UHGV virus genome: UHGV-0175244
Reading direction: 5' to 3' (one strand)
DNA length: 44,935 nt
Source: a virus
Notes under the pieces: generated by a model
Seen by the model: the letters and a program-made list of their open reading frames with translations, nothing else
Database searches by the model: none
Told to the model about the DNA's origin: nothing
Part shown: piece after piece, positions 36,816 to 43,679 of the stretch
How the letters are laid out: each line of letters starts with the position of its first letter
Numbering within the stretch: position 1 is the first letter of the stretch
Made by a program: the position numbers and the translations under genes

Positions 36816-36995
36816 GTGGCGGGTATAGCACACGAAGAGGACTCCGCACCGGAATGGTTTGCTGCTCAGTTCCCGAACATCGGGGAATCTTCAGTGGGAA
36901 TGTTTTGGGATTGGATGAATGCGCAGGCTGATGCGCGGGGTGGAGCGGCCCGGGTGGCTACTGAATCAAGACAGGCTGTAAGACAAGCTGTGTAA
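36816..36995 (+). CDS. Possible 59-codon acidic Trp-rich ORF (GTG start), first ORF of the pL operon
   Basis: (M)AGIAHEEDSAPEWFAAQFPNIGESSVGMFWDWMNAQADARGG... Codon choice looks enteric. The SD is weak and the ORF falls below the track threshold. Confidence 0.3.
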   Translation: MAGIAHEEDSAPEWFAAQFPNIGESSVGMFWDWMNAQADARGGAARVATESRQAVRQAV

Positions 36996-37161
36996 ATAAC
37001 TGGTAAGCCGTAGTAGCCAATAAAGCAGGTGAAAATCATAACGTCTATCCCGCTTCGGCGGTGGCAGCTAACACCTGTGATAGTCAATGCCGGAGATCAG
37101 CGCCGGCCATCCAATCACCAAAGCATTTCGATTCATCAACCCACGCAACAAAGGAGCTTCT

Positions 37162-37194
37162 ATGCGACGGCAAAGCTATATCGCTCACAAATAA
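37162..37194 (+). CDS. 10-codon mini-ORF (MRRQSYIAHK) with strong SD, 23 nt upstream of a terminator
   Basis: AAGGAG-cttct-ATG. The stop lies 11 nt before the anti-box at 37205-37216. Confidence 0.3.
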   Translation: MRRQSYIAHK

Positions 37195-37216
37195 TCGGTA
37201 CCACAAATGCTTTCGG

Positions 37217-37241
37217 AAACCCCGGCGATGTCGGGGTTTTT
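37217..37241 (+). terminator. Rho-independent terminator (tL1-like)
   Basis: AAACCCCG-gcgatgt-CGGGGTTT followed by TT. Confidence 0.7.
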
Positions 37242-37247
37242 GGTGAG

Positions 37248-37350
37248 TGCTTTGGGTTGGCAGACGGTTATCAGCTAGTTGGTGAGGTAATGGCTCACCA
37301 AGGCGACGACGACCTTCCCCGCTTCATTGTGGGGAGCCAGCGCCAAAGCA
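37248..37350 (+). ncRNA. Structured RNA element: 14-bp closing helix plus 16S-rRNA-helix-11-like hairpin plus second hairpin
   Basis: 37248-37261 pairs with 37336-37350 (one bulge, one G-U). Hairpins at 37279-37301 and 37316-37335. 37273-37309 matches 16S rRNA from memory. Confidence 0.4.
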
Positions 37351-37389
37351 TTTCTCCCGCATCAGCGGGTAACGACAGAGGGTAAGGCG

Positions 37390-37557
37390 ATGAGAAACAC
37401 AACAGATAAATATGCTGCCGAGTGCAGTGAAGATTACAGGCAGTATCGCAAAAAATGTCGAGCATCAGTGCGTGGTGATGGGTTTCATGACCTTTGGGTA
37501 AAGCTGGCATGGATGTGCCGACGCAACGCACGAGAATGGATTAACAGAGCCGCCTAA
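37390..37557 (+). CDS. Small basic hypothetical protein (55 aa)
   Basis: MRNTTDKYAAECSEDYRQYRKKCRASVRGDGFHDLWVKLAWMCRRNAREWINRAA. GAGGGTAAGG SD. A terminator follows. Confidence 0.55.
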   Translation: MRNTTDKYAAECSEDYRQYRKKCRASVRGDGFHDLWVKLAWMCRRNAREWINRAA

Positions 37558-37571
37558 CCAGCGGCTTTTTT
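37548..37571 (+). terminator. Rho-independent terminator (tL2-like)
   Basis: AGCCGC-ctaacca-GCGGCT followed by TTTTT, overlapping the stop codon of the 55-aa ORF. Confidence 0.7.
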
Positions 37572-37707
37572 CATACCTCAGTCGCTTCACCGAGGCGGCT
37601 TAGTTATGACAATCGGCGGCCATCCACCGCCCATTGAAACACTGAATAAATGCGTTGAAGTCTTGTATTAACCGTTCGGCGGCGCGGCCTTAAGCGCGGA
37701 GATGATT

Positions 37708-38064
37708 ATGAAATACACCATGAAGGTTTATAAAAACTCTGATGACCATGCTGCTTATCTGAAAGCGCGATCCGACAGCGCCAGAAATGGCCAGTCATTT
37801 GAATGGGCGGGTCACCGCTGGGCGTACGAAGTCACCAGTTTTGACGATGCCGGCGATTACGACCTGCTTTACCGGTTTGATGACAAGCCATATCCAGAAG
37901 AAGTTTCAGTCACTACAGATGACATGACGATCCGTGACTACTTTGCGGCCAAGGCTATGCAGGGAATCATCAGCAGCGAATGCAAATATGGAGCGTTTAG
38001 TTATTTAGCAAGCGATGCATACAGCATTGCCGACGCAATGCTCCGCGCCCGGGAGGCATCATGA
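37708..38064 (+). CDS. Hypothetical phage protein (118 aa)
   Basis: GGAG sits 6 nt before the ATG at 37708 (alternative start 37702). The C-terminus IRDYFAAKAMQGII...AYSIADAMLRAR is a pattern common in phage early proteins. Confidence 0.65.
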   Translation: MKYTMKVYKNSDDHAAYLKARSDSARNGQSFEWAGHRWAYEVTSFDDAGDYDLLYRFDDKPYPEEVSVTTDDMTIRDYFAAKAMQGIISSECKYGAFSYLASDAYSIADAMLRAREAS

Positions 38065-38225
38065 CAGTCACCCACAACGGCAGGCAGTACACCTTTAAGC
38101 GCTGCGCCATGAACGATAACGAATGGCGGCTAACGTCGATCACCAATCTGCGAGAGCAGGTCACACTGAACAGCGGGCAGATGCACATTGCTGGCTTACT
38201 GGCCCAGGTGGAGGGTAAAAAATGA
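38061..38225 (+). CDS. Hypothetical protein (54 aa)
   Basis: Not in the track. ATGA coupling at both ends (MTVTHNGRQYTFKRCAMNDNEWRL...). Confidence 0.5.
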   Translation: MTVTHNGRQYTFKRCAMNDNEWRLTSITNLREQVTLNSGQMHIAGLLAQVEGKK

Positions 38226-38425
38226 TGCACCACTACGGGTACGTTGAAGTTAACCGCGGCGCAGTTCAGCCAGGCATGCTTGTTAAGCACAAAGATGGCA
38301 TGTGGACGGCATCAGCCAATAAGCGCGGAAAGCTCTACCTCCATCGAGGTTGTGAGCGCACCTTCACCAGAGAGCTTCTGGTTGAGGTGTATCTTGATGG
38401 CCTCGGCGGCGGATTGAGTCATTAA
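38222..38425 (+). CDS. Hypothetical protein (67 aa)
   Basis: Translationally coupled ORF. Confidence 0.55.
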   Translation: MMHHYGYVEVNRGAVQPGMLVKHKDGMWTASANKRGKLYLHRGCERTFTRELLVEVYLDGLGGGLSH

Positions 38426-38429
38426 CCCA

Positions 38430-38744
38430 TTAATTGTTTGGGCCGCGAGGTGCAAGCTTAAACTCCAGATGATACAGCTTGCCGTCAGGTGCCTGGAAGT
38501 CGACCTCGAATGAACCCGGCGGATTGAATGGGTCAGGTGCGTTTCTTGCGATACACGTAGAACGCCATGCAATATGACCATTCTTGCCTAAGCCAAGCGA
38601 TCGTGACTTCCACCAGTCATACCATGATTGATCATGCGGCTGGTCACTTCCCTTTTCTCTCACAAACCAATGATTCCGCTTCGAGCGCTTGCCCATTTCA
38701 TCATTTGGGTACATCGGGGTTGGCAGTTTCTTATCAATCAGCAT
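38430..38744 (-). CDS. Orphan hypothetical protein (104 aa) encoded antisense to the pL operon
   Basis: AGGTGA SD 4 nt before the ATG. It fills an otherwise empty 450-bp gap and its codon usage looks coding. No family recognised. Confidence 0.55.
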   Translation of the reverse strand: MLIDKKLPTPMYPNDEMGKRSKRNHWFVREKGSDQPHDQSWYDWWKSRSLGLGKNGHIAWRSTCIARNAPDPFNPPGSFEVDFQAPDGKLYHLEFKLAPRGPNN

Positions 38745-38877
38745 CTGGTCACCTGGTTATTGCCGTTTCGCTAGAAACATTCTGCGCCAGCATTCTGATA
38801 AATCAAGTTTCACATTTATAGACCGGGCTGGCTTTAACCGGCCTGGTGACCCACGTCAAAATTTCAGGAGTTCAGCC

Positions 38878-39162
38878 ATGAACGCATACCTCACTTACGA
38901 CCGCATCGAAGATCGGCGCTGGGTTGAGCAGCAGCTCGACGACGAGAAAGAGAAGTGGATCGACGACCGGGCGCAGGAAATTATCGACACCCTGCCGAAA
39001 GAGCCGTCAGGCCTGTTCCGCTTCTCTGTACCGATGGACAAAAGCCCATATGAAGGCCTCCGCAGCGATGCAGCTGGCGAGGCATATAACGATCTCATTT
39101 CGGCAGTAGCTTACGCCCAGGCGGAATACGACTGGGATCACCGCACCGGCTGCCCGTTTTAA
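38878..39162 (+). CDS. gam: Gam-like protein (N-terminus resembles lambda GamS)
   Basis: MNAYLTYDRIEDRRW compares with lambda MNAYYIQDRLEAQSW. The upstream SD region also reads FRSSA as in lambda. It lies immediately upstream of bet-exo. The C-terminal two thirds are divergent. Confidence 0.5.
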   Translation: MNAYLTYDRIEDRRWVEQQLDDEKEKWIDDRAQEIIDTLPKEPSGLFRFSVPMDKSPYEGLRSDAAGEAYNDLISAVAYAQAEYDWDHRTGCPF

Positions 39163-39177
39163 CTTTGGGGAATAGCA

Positions 39178-40023
39178 ATGGCTAACGAACTTGTGATTAC
39201 AGCCAGCTCTCTTGCTGAGCGAGGAATTGACGGCGCTACCTGGAGCGCCCTCAAGAACAGTATTTATCCTGGCGCCAAGGATGAGTCGGTGATGATGGCG
39301 CTTGACTACTGCCGGGCCAGAAACCTTGATCCTCTTCTGAAGCCCGTTCATCTGGTGCCAATGAGCGTTAAGGACTCGAAGTCGGGTAAAAGCGAGTGGC
39401 GCGATGTGGTTATGCCGGGCATCGGGCTTTATCGGATTCAGGCCGATCGCTCCGGTTCTTACGCTGGCGCAAAAGAACCAGAGTTCGGCCCGGACGTCAC
39501 TCTGACGCTTACCGGTATTGAGGTGACCGTACCTCAATGGTGCAAGTACACGGTCAGCAAGCGCATGCCGAGCGGGGAAATCGTCGAATTCAGCGCGAAA
39601 GAATACTGGGTTGAGAACTATGCCACCGCCGGCCGCGACACTACCGCGCCAAACGCAATGTGGAAAAAGCGCCCTTATGGCCAGCTGGCGAAGTGTGCCG
39701 AGGCTCAGGCTCTGCGTAAGGCGTGGCCTGAAATTGGCCAGCAGCCCACTGCCGAAGAGATGGAAGGTAAAACACTGGAAGTTGATGCGCGTGACGTAAC
39801 GCCGCGCAGCACTACCGAGGCACTCCCCCTGGTGGCCAGTGAGGAAACGCTGCAGGCAATTACCGACCTCCTGACGTCCCTGAATAAGGACTGGGAGCAG
39901 GACTTCCTGCCTCTGTGCAGCAACATCTTCAAGCGTGACATTTTCCAGGCATCACAACTCACCGAAGAAGAAGCGCAGAAAGGCTTTAGCTTCCTCCAGA
40001 AAAAAGCGCAGGTGGCAGCATGA
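39178..40023 (+). CDS. bet: Bet (Red-beta)/RecT-superfamily single-strand annealing protein
   Basis: The C-terminal ~60 aa ([47 protein letters not shown]) is close to the lambda Bet C-terminus. The N-terminal domain is only distantly Bet-like. Confidence 0.75.
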   Translation: MANELVITASSLAERGIDGATWSALKNSIYPGAKDESVMMALDYCRARNLDPLLKPVHLVPMSVKDSKSGKSEWRDVVMPGIGLYRIQADRSGSYAGAKEPEFGPDVTLTLTGIEVTVPQWCKYTVSKRMPSGEIVEFSAKEYWVENYATAGRDTTAPNAMWKKRPYGQLAKCAEAQALRKAWPEIGQQPTAEEMEGKTLEVDARDVTPRSTTEALPLVASEETLQAITDLLTSLNKDWEQDFLPLCSNIFKRDIFQASQLTEEEAQKGFSFLQKKAQVAA

Positions 40024-40700
40024 CACCAGAAATTATCCTCGAACGAACTGGCATTGACGTTACCCGCGTTGAACAGGGAGATGAATCCTGGCACCGCTTA
40101 CGCCTCGGAGTGATCACTGCCTCGGAAGTTCACAACGTCATTTCTAAGCCTAAGTCAGGCAAGAAATGGACTGATATGAAGATGTCCTACTTCCTTACGC
40201 TCCTTGCCGAAGTGTGCACCGGCGTGGCGCCGGAAGTTAACGCCAAGGCGCTGGCCTGGGGGAAACAGTATGAGGCCGATGCTCGCACCCTGTTTGAGTT
40301 CACCACCGACGTGCAGGTAACCGAGTCGCCGATCCTTTTCCGTGACGAAGGCATGCGTACCGCCTGCTCACCTGATGGCCTGTGCAGTGATGGTCGCGGC
40401 CTTGAGCTGAAGTGCCCTTTCACCTCTCGCGACTTCATGAAATTCAGGCTTGGCGGCTTCGAGGCTATCAAATCCGCCTATATGGCCCAGGTGCAATTCA
40501 GCATGTGGGTAACCGGGAAGGATGCCTGGTATTTCGCGAATTATGACCCTCGCATGAAGCGAGAAGGCATTCACCATGTCGTTGTTGAGCGCGACGACAA
40601 ATACATGTCCGATTTCAACGAAATGGTGCCGGAGTTCATCAGCAAGATGGACGAATCTCTGGCGGAGATCGGCTTTACCTTCGGGGAGCAGTGGAAATGA
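40020..40700 (+). CDS. exo: Lambda-type exonuclease (Red-alpha)
   Basis: 226 aa, near-colinear with lambda Exo as recalled ([14 protein letters not shown]...[15 protein letters not shown]...[31 protein letters not shown]). Confidence 0.9.
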   Translation: MTPEIILERTGIDVTRVEQGDESWHRLRLGVITASEVHNVISKPKSGKKWTDMKMSYFLTLLAEVCTGVAPEVNAKALAWGKQYEADARTLFEFTTDVQVTESPILFRDEGMRTACSPDGLCSDGRGLELKCPFTSRDFMKFRLGGFEAIKSAYMAQVQFSMWVTGKDAWYFANYDPRMKREGIHHVVVERDDKYMSDFNEMVPEFISKMDESLAEIGFTFGEQWK

Positions 40701-41125
40701 AACGCACTCCATTTTACCGCAGGCCTGGCAAAGCAGGGAAATTCTCCGGCCTTCGCGAGCGCGTGATCTGGATGATTCAGACGCGCGGCCGCCCTGTTAC
40801 CGGCAGCGAAATAGCGGAGAAGTTCGGCGTGACGCTTGTCGAATTTAACCGCGTTGCGAACGGCATAACCAAGGGGGAAGGCCGCATTGCGCAGCTGGTC
40901 GCATCGGAAACCTGGCTCAACGAGGACGGCATCTGCGATCGCACCTTTGACCTGATCACAAGGCCAAAGGTCATTACCCCGCAGGGTAAAACGCGCCTGT
41001 TCACTAAGCGCTCGATAGCTCAGGCCGCCTCTGGCAACCGCCAGAAATGTATTGATAAAGCGGCCCGGCGCCGCCGGCTTATCGCATCTGGCCTCTATAT
41101 CGATGAAATGGAGTCAGTCCTATGA
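40697..41125 (+). CDS. Hypothetical protein (142 aa)
   Basis: ATGA coupling to exo, possibly with a winged-helix N-terminus. Confidence 0.55.
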   Translation: MKRTPFYRRPGKAGKFSGLRERVIWMIQTRGRPVTGSEIAEKFGVTLVEFNRVANGITKGEGRIAQLVASETWLNEDGICDRTFDLITRPKVITPQGKTRLFTKRSIAQAASGNRQKCIDKAARRRRLIASGLYIDEMESVL

Positions 41126-41778
41126 ACCGCTACTCACTTATCTATGCTGACCCGGCCTGGTCTTACGGGAACACGATCAGCAACGGTGCTGCCGTCGATC
41201 ACTACCCCACCATGAGCCTGCTCGATATGAAGCGGCTCCCGGTGTGGGAGCTCGCCGCGGATAACGCTGTGCTGGCGATGTGGTACACCGGCACCCACAA
41301 CCAGGAGGCGATCGAGCTGGCCGAGGCCTGGGGATTTACGGTGCGCACAATGAAGGGTTTCACCTGGGTGAAGTTGAATCAGCTGGCCGAGCTGCGCATT
41401 ACCAAGGCTCTGGCCGAGGGAGAGATCTCCGACTTTTACGACTTCCTCGACCTGCTGAATGCAGAGACGCGCATGAATGGCGGCAACCACACCCGTGCCA
41501 ATACCGAAGACGTGCTGATCGCCACCCGCGGCGCCGGGCTGGAACGCAAGCACGCTGGCATTAAGCAGGTGATCTACAGCCCGCTCGGAGCGCACAGCGA
41601 GAAACCGTGGGAAGTTCGCCACCGCCTGGAACTGCTCTACGGCGACGTGCCGCGGATTGAGTTATTCAGCCGCAGCGCAGCGCCAGGCTGGAGCCACTGG
41701 GGTAACCAATGCGCCACCGCTTCCGTTGAGCTGATCCCCGGCTGCGCCATCGACGTTGTGAAGACGGAGGCAGCATGA
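41122..41778 (+). CDS. MT-A70-family DNA N6-adenine methyltransferase (orphan)
   Basis: IYADPAW (a DPPW-type motif) near the N-terminus and HSEKP near the C-terminus. No partner restriction gene is present. Confidence 0.75.
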   Translation: MNRYSLIYADPAWSYGNTISNGAAVDHYPTMSLLDMKRLPVWELAADNAVLAMWYTGTHNQEAIELAEAWGFTVRTMKGFTWVKLNQLAELRITKALAEGEISDFYDFLDLLNAETRMNGGNHTRANTEDVLIATRGAGLERKHAGIKQVIYSPLGAHSEKPWEVRHRLELLYGDVPRIELFSRSAAPGWSHWGNQCATASVELIPGCAIDVVKTEAA

Positions 41779-41993
41779 CGCCAGAAGAAAAGAAAAATGC
41801 GCTCAGAAGCATCGCACGCAGGGCTAACGATGAGGTTAAGGCAAAACGGCGGTCATCTCCCGCTTTAAGTTGCGACGAGATATCACGACCGATCCTCAAC
41901 GGATGCATGCCGCTGATAAAGCAGCTTGGGTTAACGCCAAGCCATCTCTATGTGGAAATCGGCATTTTGAACGGAAAGATAAAGGAGCGCTGA
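41775..41993 (+). CDS. Hypothetical protein (72 aa)
   Basis: Coupled ORF. Confidence 0.5.
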   Translation: MTPEEKKNALRSIARRANDEVKAKRRSSPALSCDEISRPILNGCMPLIKQLGLTPSHLYVEIGILNGKIKER

Positions 41994-41994
41994 C

Positions 41995-42210
41995 ATGCCA
42001 GAAATCATCGATCAGGCCAACGAGCTGGCAGAGCGCCGGCTTGAAATGACCATCCAGAACATGCGCATCAACCATGCGGCGGTTTCAGCTACTCACTGCC
42101 GCGACTGCGGGGAAGAGATACCCGAGCGGCGCCGGGAACTGGTGGCGGGCTGCCAGCGCTGTGCTGACTGTCAGGAAGAAGAGGAATTACGCGGTAAGCA
42201 TCGGAGGTGA
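41995..42210 (+). CDS. TraR/DksA-family C4 zinc-finger protein
   Basis: CRDCGEEIPERRRELVAGCQRCADC is the typical TraR/DksA zinc finger. Confidence 0.75.
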   Translation: MPEIIDQANELAERRLEMTIQNMRINHAAVSATHCRDCGEEIPERRRELVAGCQRCADCQEEEELRGKHRR

Positions 42211-42211
42211 T

Positions 42212-42547
42212 ATGGCATCTGACAAACCGATAACAGCACAGCAGGCCGCCGATTTGCTCATCGTGTCTGCGCGGGTGATCTACCGCCTGATTGAGTCTGG
42301 GGAGCTCGCCGGCCGCAAGGTCGGCAATAAGTACAGAACGACCGAGGCTGCGTGTATTGCATATTTGAAAACCCCGCGCGATCCTGTCATCGCGAACGCG
42401 GGTGAACATAAAGGAGAAGTTTTATGTCAATCACCCTCAGGGGCGGCGTGTGGCACTGTCATTTCTTTACGCCGTCAGGAAAAAGAGTTAGGCGATCTCT
42501 TGGCACGGGGGACAAAAAGCAGGCTCAGGAGCTCCACGACAAGCTGA
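42212..42547 (+). CDS. xis: Excisionase-like HTH protein
   Basis: GGAGG SD before the ATG at 42212. [32 protein letters not shown] is an excisionase/MerR-type HTH. The tail overlaps the int start. Confidence 0.6.
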   Translation: MASDKPITAQQAADLLIVSARVIYRLIESGELAGRKVGNKYRTTEAACIAYLKTPRDPVIANAGEHKGEVLCQSPSGAACGTVISLRRQEKELGDLLARGTKSRLRSSTTS

Positions 42548-43587
42548 AGGCGGAAGCGTGGCGGGTTGACCAGATCGGCGACCTGCCCGTCAGAACCTTT
42601 GAAGAGTGCTGCATCCGGTGGCTGCGGGAAAAGGACCATAAGCGATCTCTGGATGATGACAAAACCAAAATTGTTTTTTGGCTGCAGCATTTTTCCGGCC
42701 GTGATGTCTCGAAGATAACGGCGGAGGAAGTTCACGAAGCCGTTAACGGGATGATCAACCGTAAGCACCTGCAGGTGTGGGAGAGTAAGCGTGATGCCGC
42801 GATGAGGAAGGGAAAGCCGGTTCCGGAGTACAAACCACGGCAGGTTTCGCAGGCTACGAAGGCGCAACACCTTTCCTTCATTCGTTCCCTTCTCAGGGCC
42901 GCGGCGAATGACTGGGGCTGGATAAAAACAGCTCCTGTTATCAAAACCCGCAAGCCGATCAGTAAGCGGATACGATGGCTGACCAGAGAAGAAGCTGAGC
43001 GGTTGATCGAGTGCATGCCGGAGAGCATTAAGCCAGTGGTGATATTTGCACTGGCAACCGGCCTGCGCCGCTCAAACATCATCGGGCTTGAGTGGCAGCA
43101 GGTCGATATGCAGAGAAAGGTTGCATGGGTAAATCCGGAGAACGCAAAAGCGGGCAAGGCGATTGGCGTGGCTCTGAATGATACCGCATGCAGGGTATTA
43201 AGGGATCAGATAGGGAAGCACTCCCGGTGGGTGTTCGTTCACACCACGGCTAAGCATCGCCCTGATGGAACACTAACGCCCGCGGTTAGAAAAATGCGGG
43301 TGGATGACAATAACGCCTGGCGCGCCGGGTTGAAAAAAGCGGGGATCGAGGATTTCCGTTTTCACGACCTCCGGCACACCTGGGCGAGTTGGCTGATCCA
43401 GTCCGGCGTCCCGCTTTCTGTTTTACAGGAAATGGGAGGATGGGAGAGCATCGAGATGGTACGTCGTTATGCTCACCTGGCGCCGAACCACCTGACCGAA
43501 CACGCACGGAAAATTGACGCCATTTTTGGCGCTAGCGACACAAATACGACACAAGGAGGAAATCAGGCTGGTTTAAAACTGGCGTAA
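42424..43587 (+). CDS. int: Tyrosine integrase
   Basis: 387 aa with C-terminal [39 protein letters not shown]. It lies adjacent to the tRNA/att. Confidence 0.92.
   Translation: MSITLRGGVWHCHFFTPSGKRVRRSLGTGDKKQAQELHDKLKAEAWRVDQIGDLPVRTFEECCIRWLREKDHKRSLDDDKTKIVFWLQHFSGRDVSKITAEEVHEAVNGMINRKHLQVWESKRDAAMRKGKPVPEYKPRQVSQATKAQHLSFIRSLLRAAANDWGWIKTAPVIKTRKPISKRIRWLTREEAERLIECMPESIKPVVIFALATGLRRSNIIGLEWQQVDMQRKVAWVNPENAKAGKAIGVALNDTACRVLRDQIGKHSRWVFVHTTAKHRPDGTLTPAVRKMRVDDNNAWRAGLKKAGIEDFRFHDLRHTWASWLIQSGVPLSVLQEMGGWESIEMVRRYAHLAPNHLTEHARKIDAIFGASDTNTTQGGNQAGLKLA
43534..43555 (-). promoter_or_regulatory. Candidate integrase arm-type sites inside the 3' end of int
   Basis: The minus strand reads TTGTGTCGTatTTGTGTCGCT (11-bp period), the same 9-mer as at 1909-1929 and inverted relative to it. 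Confidence 0.4.
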
Positions 43588-43601
43588 GTGCTTGTTTCTT
43601 A

Positions 43602-43647
43602 ATGGCACGCCCTACAGGATTCGAACCTGTGACCTACGGCTTAGAAG
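43602..43647. repeat. attR: att core within the intact tRNA-Arg gene
   Basis: Identical to 1804-1849. Confidence 0.92.
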
Positions 43648-43679
43648 GCCGTTGCTCTATCCAGCTGAGCTAAGGGCGC
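43603..43679 (-). tRNA. argU: tRNA-Arg (anticodon UCU), argU-like
   Basis: 77 nt GCGCCCTTAGCTCAGCTGGATAGAGCAACGGCCTTCTAAGCCGTAGGTCACAGGTTCGAATCCTGTAGGGCGTGCCA. It folds as a cloverleaf and is close to E. coli argU as recalled. Confidence 0.92.

Larger units (their letters stand above)
1804..43647. mobile_element. Integrated temperate prophage (~41.8 kb, SfV-like mosaic: lambdoid early genes, HK97-like head, Mu-like tail, gtrABC)
   Basis: 46-bp direct repeats lie at both ends. A tyrosine integrase abuts the intact tRNA. The gene set between the repeats is complete for structural, lysis, replication and immunity functions. Confidence 0.9.

Noticed and set aside
37029-37385. 118-aa plus-strand ORF covering the mini-ORF, terminator and 16S-like segment.
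   Set aside because: It runs straight through a strong intrinsic terminator hairpin and several GC hairpins. It has no SD and its composition is unlike a protein (Gln/Ser/Ile-rich, low complexity). I treat the region as RNA or regulatory sequence instead.
42074-42211. Upstream part of ORF 42074-42547, which would give a 157-aa Xis.
   Set aside because: It overlaps the TraR-like zinc-finger gene. A GGAGG SD precedes the internal ATG at 42212, and the HTH domain starts there.
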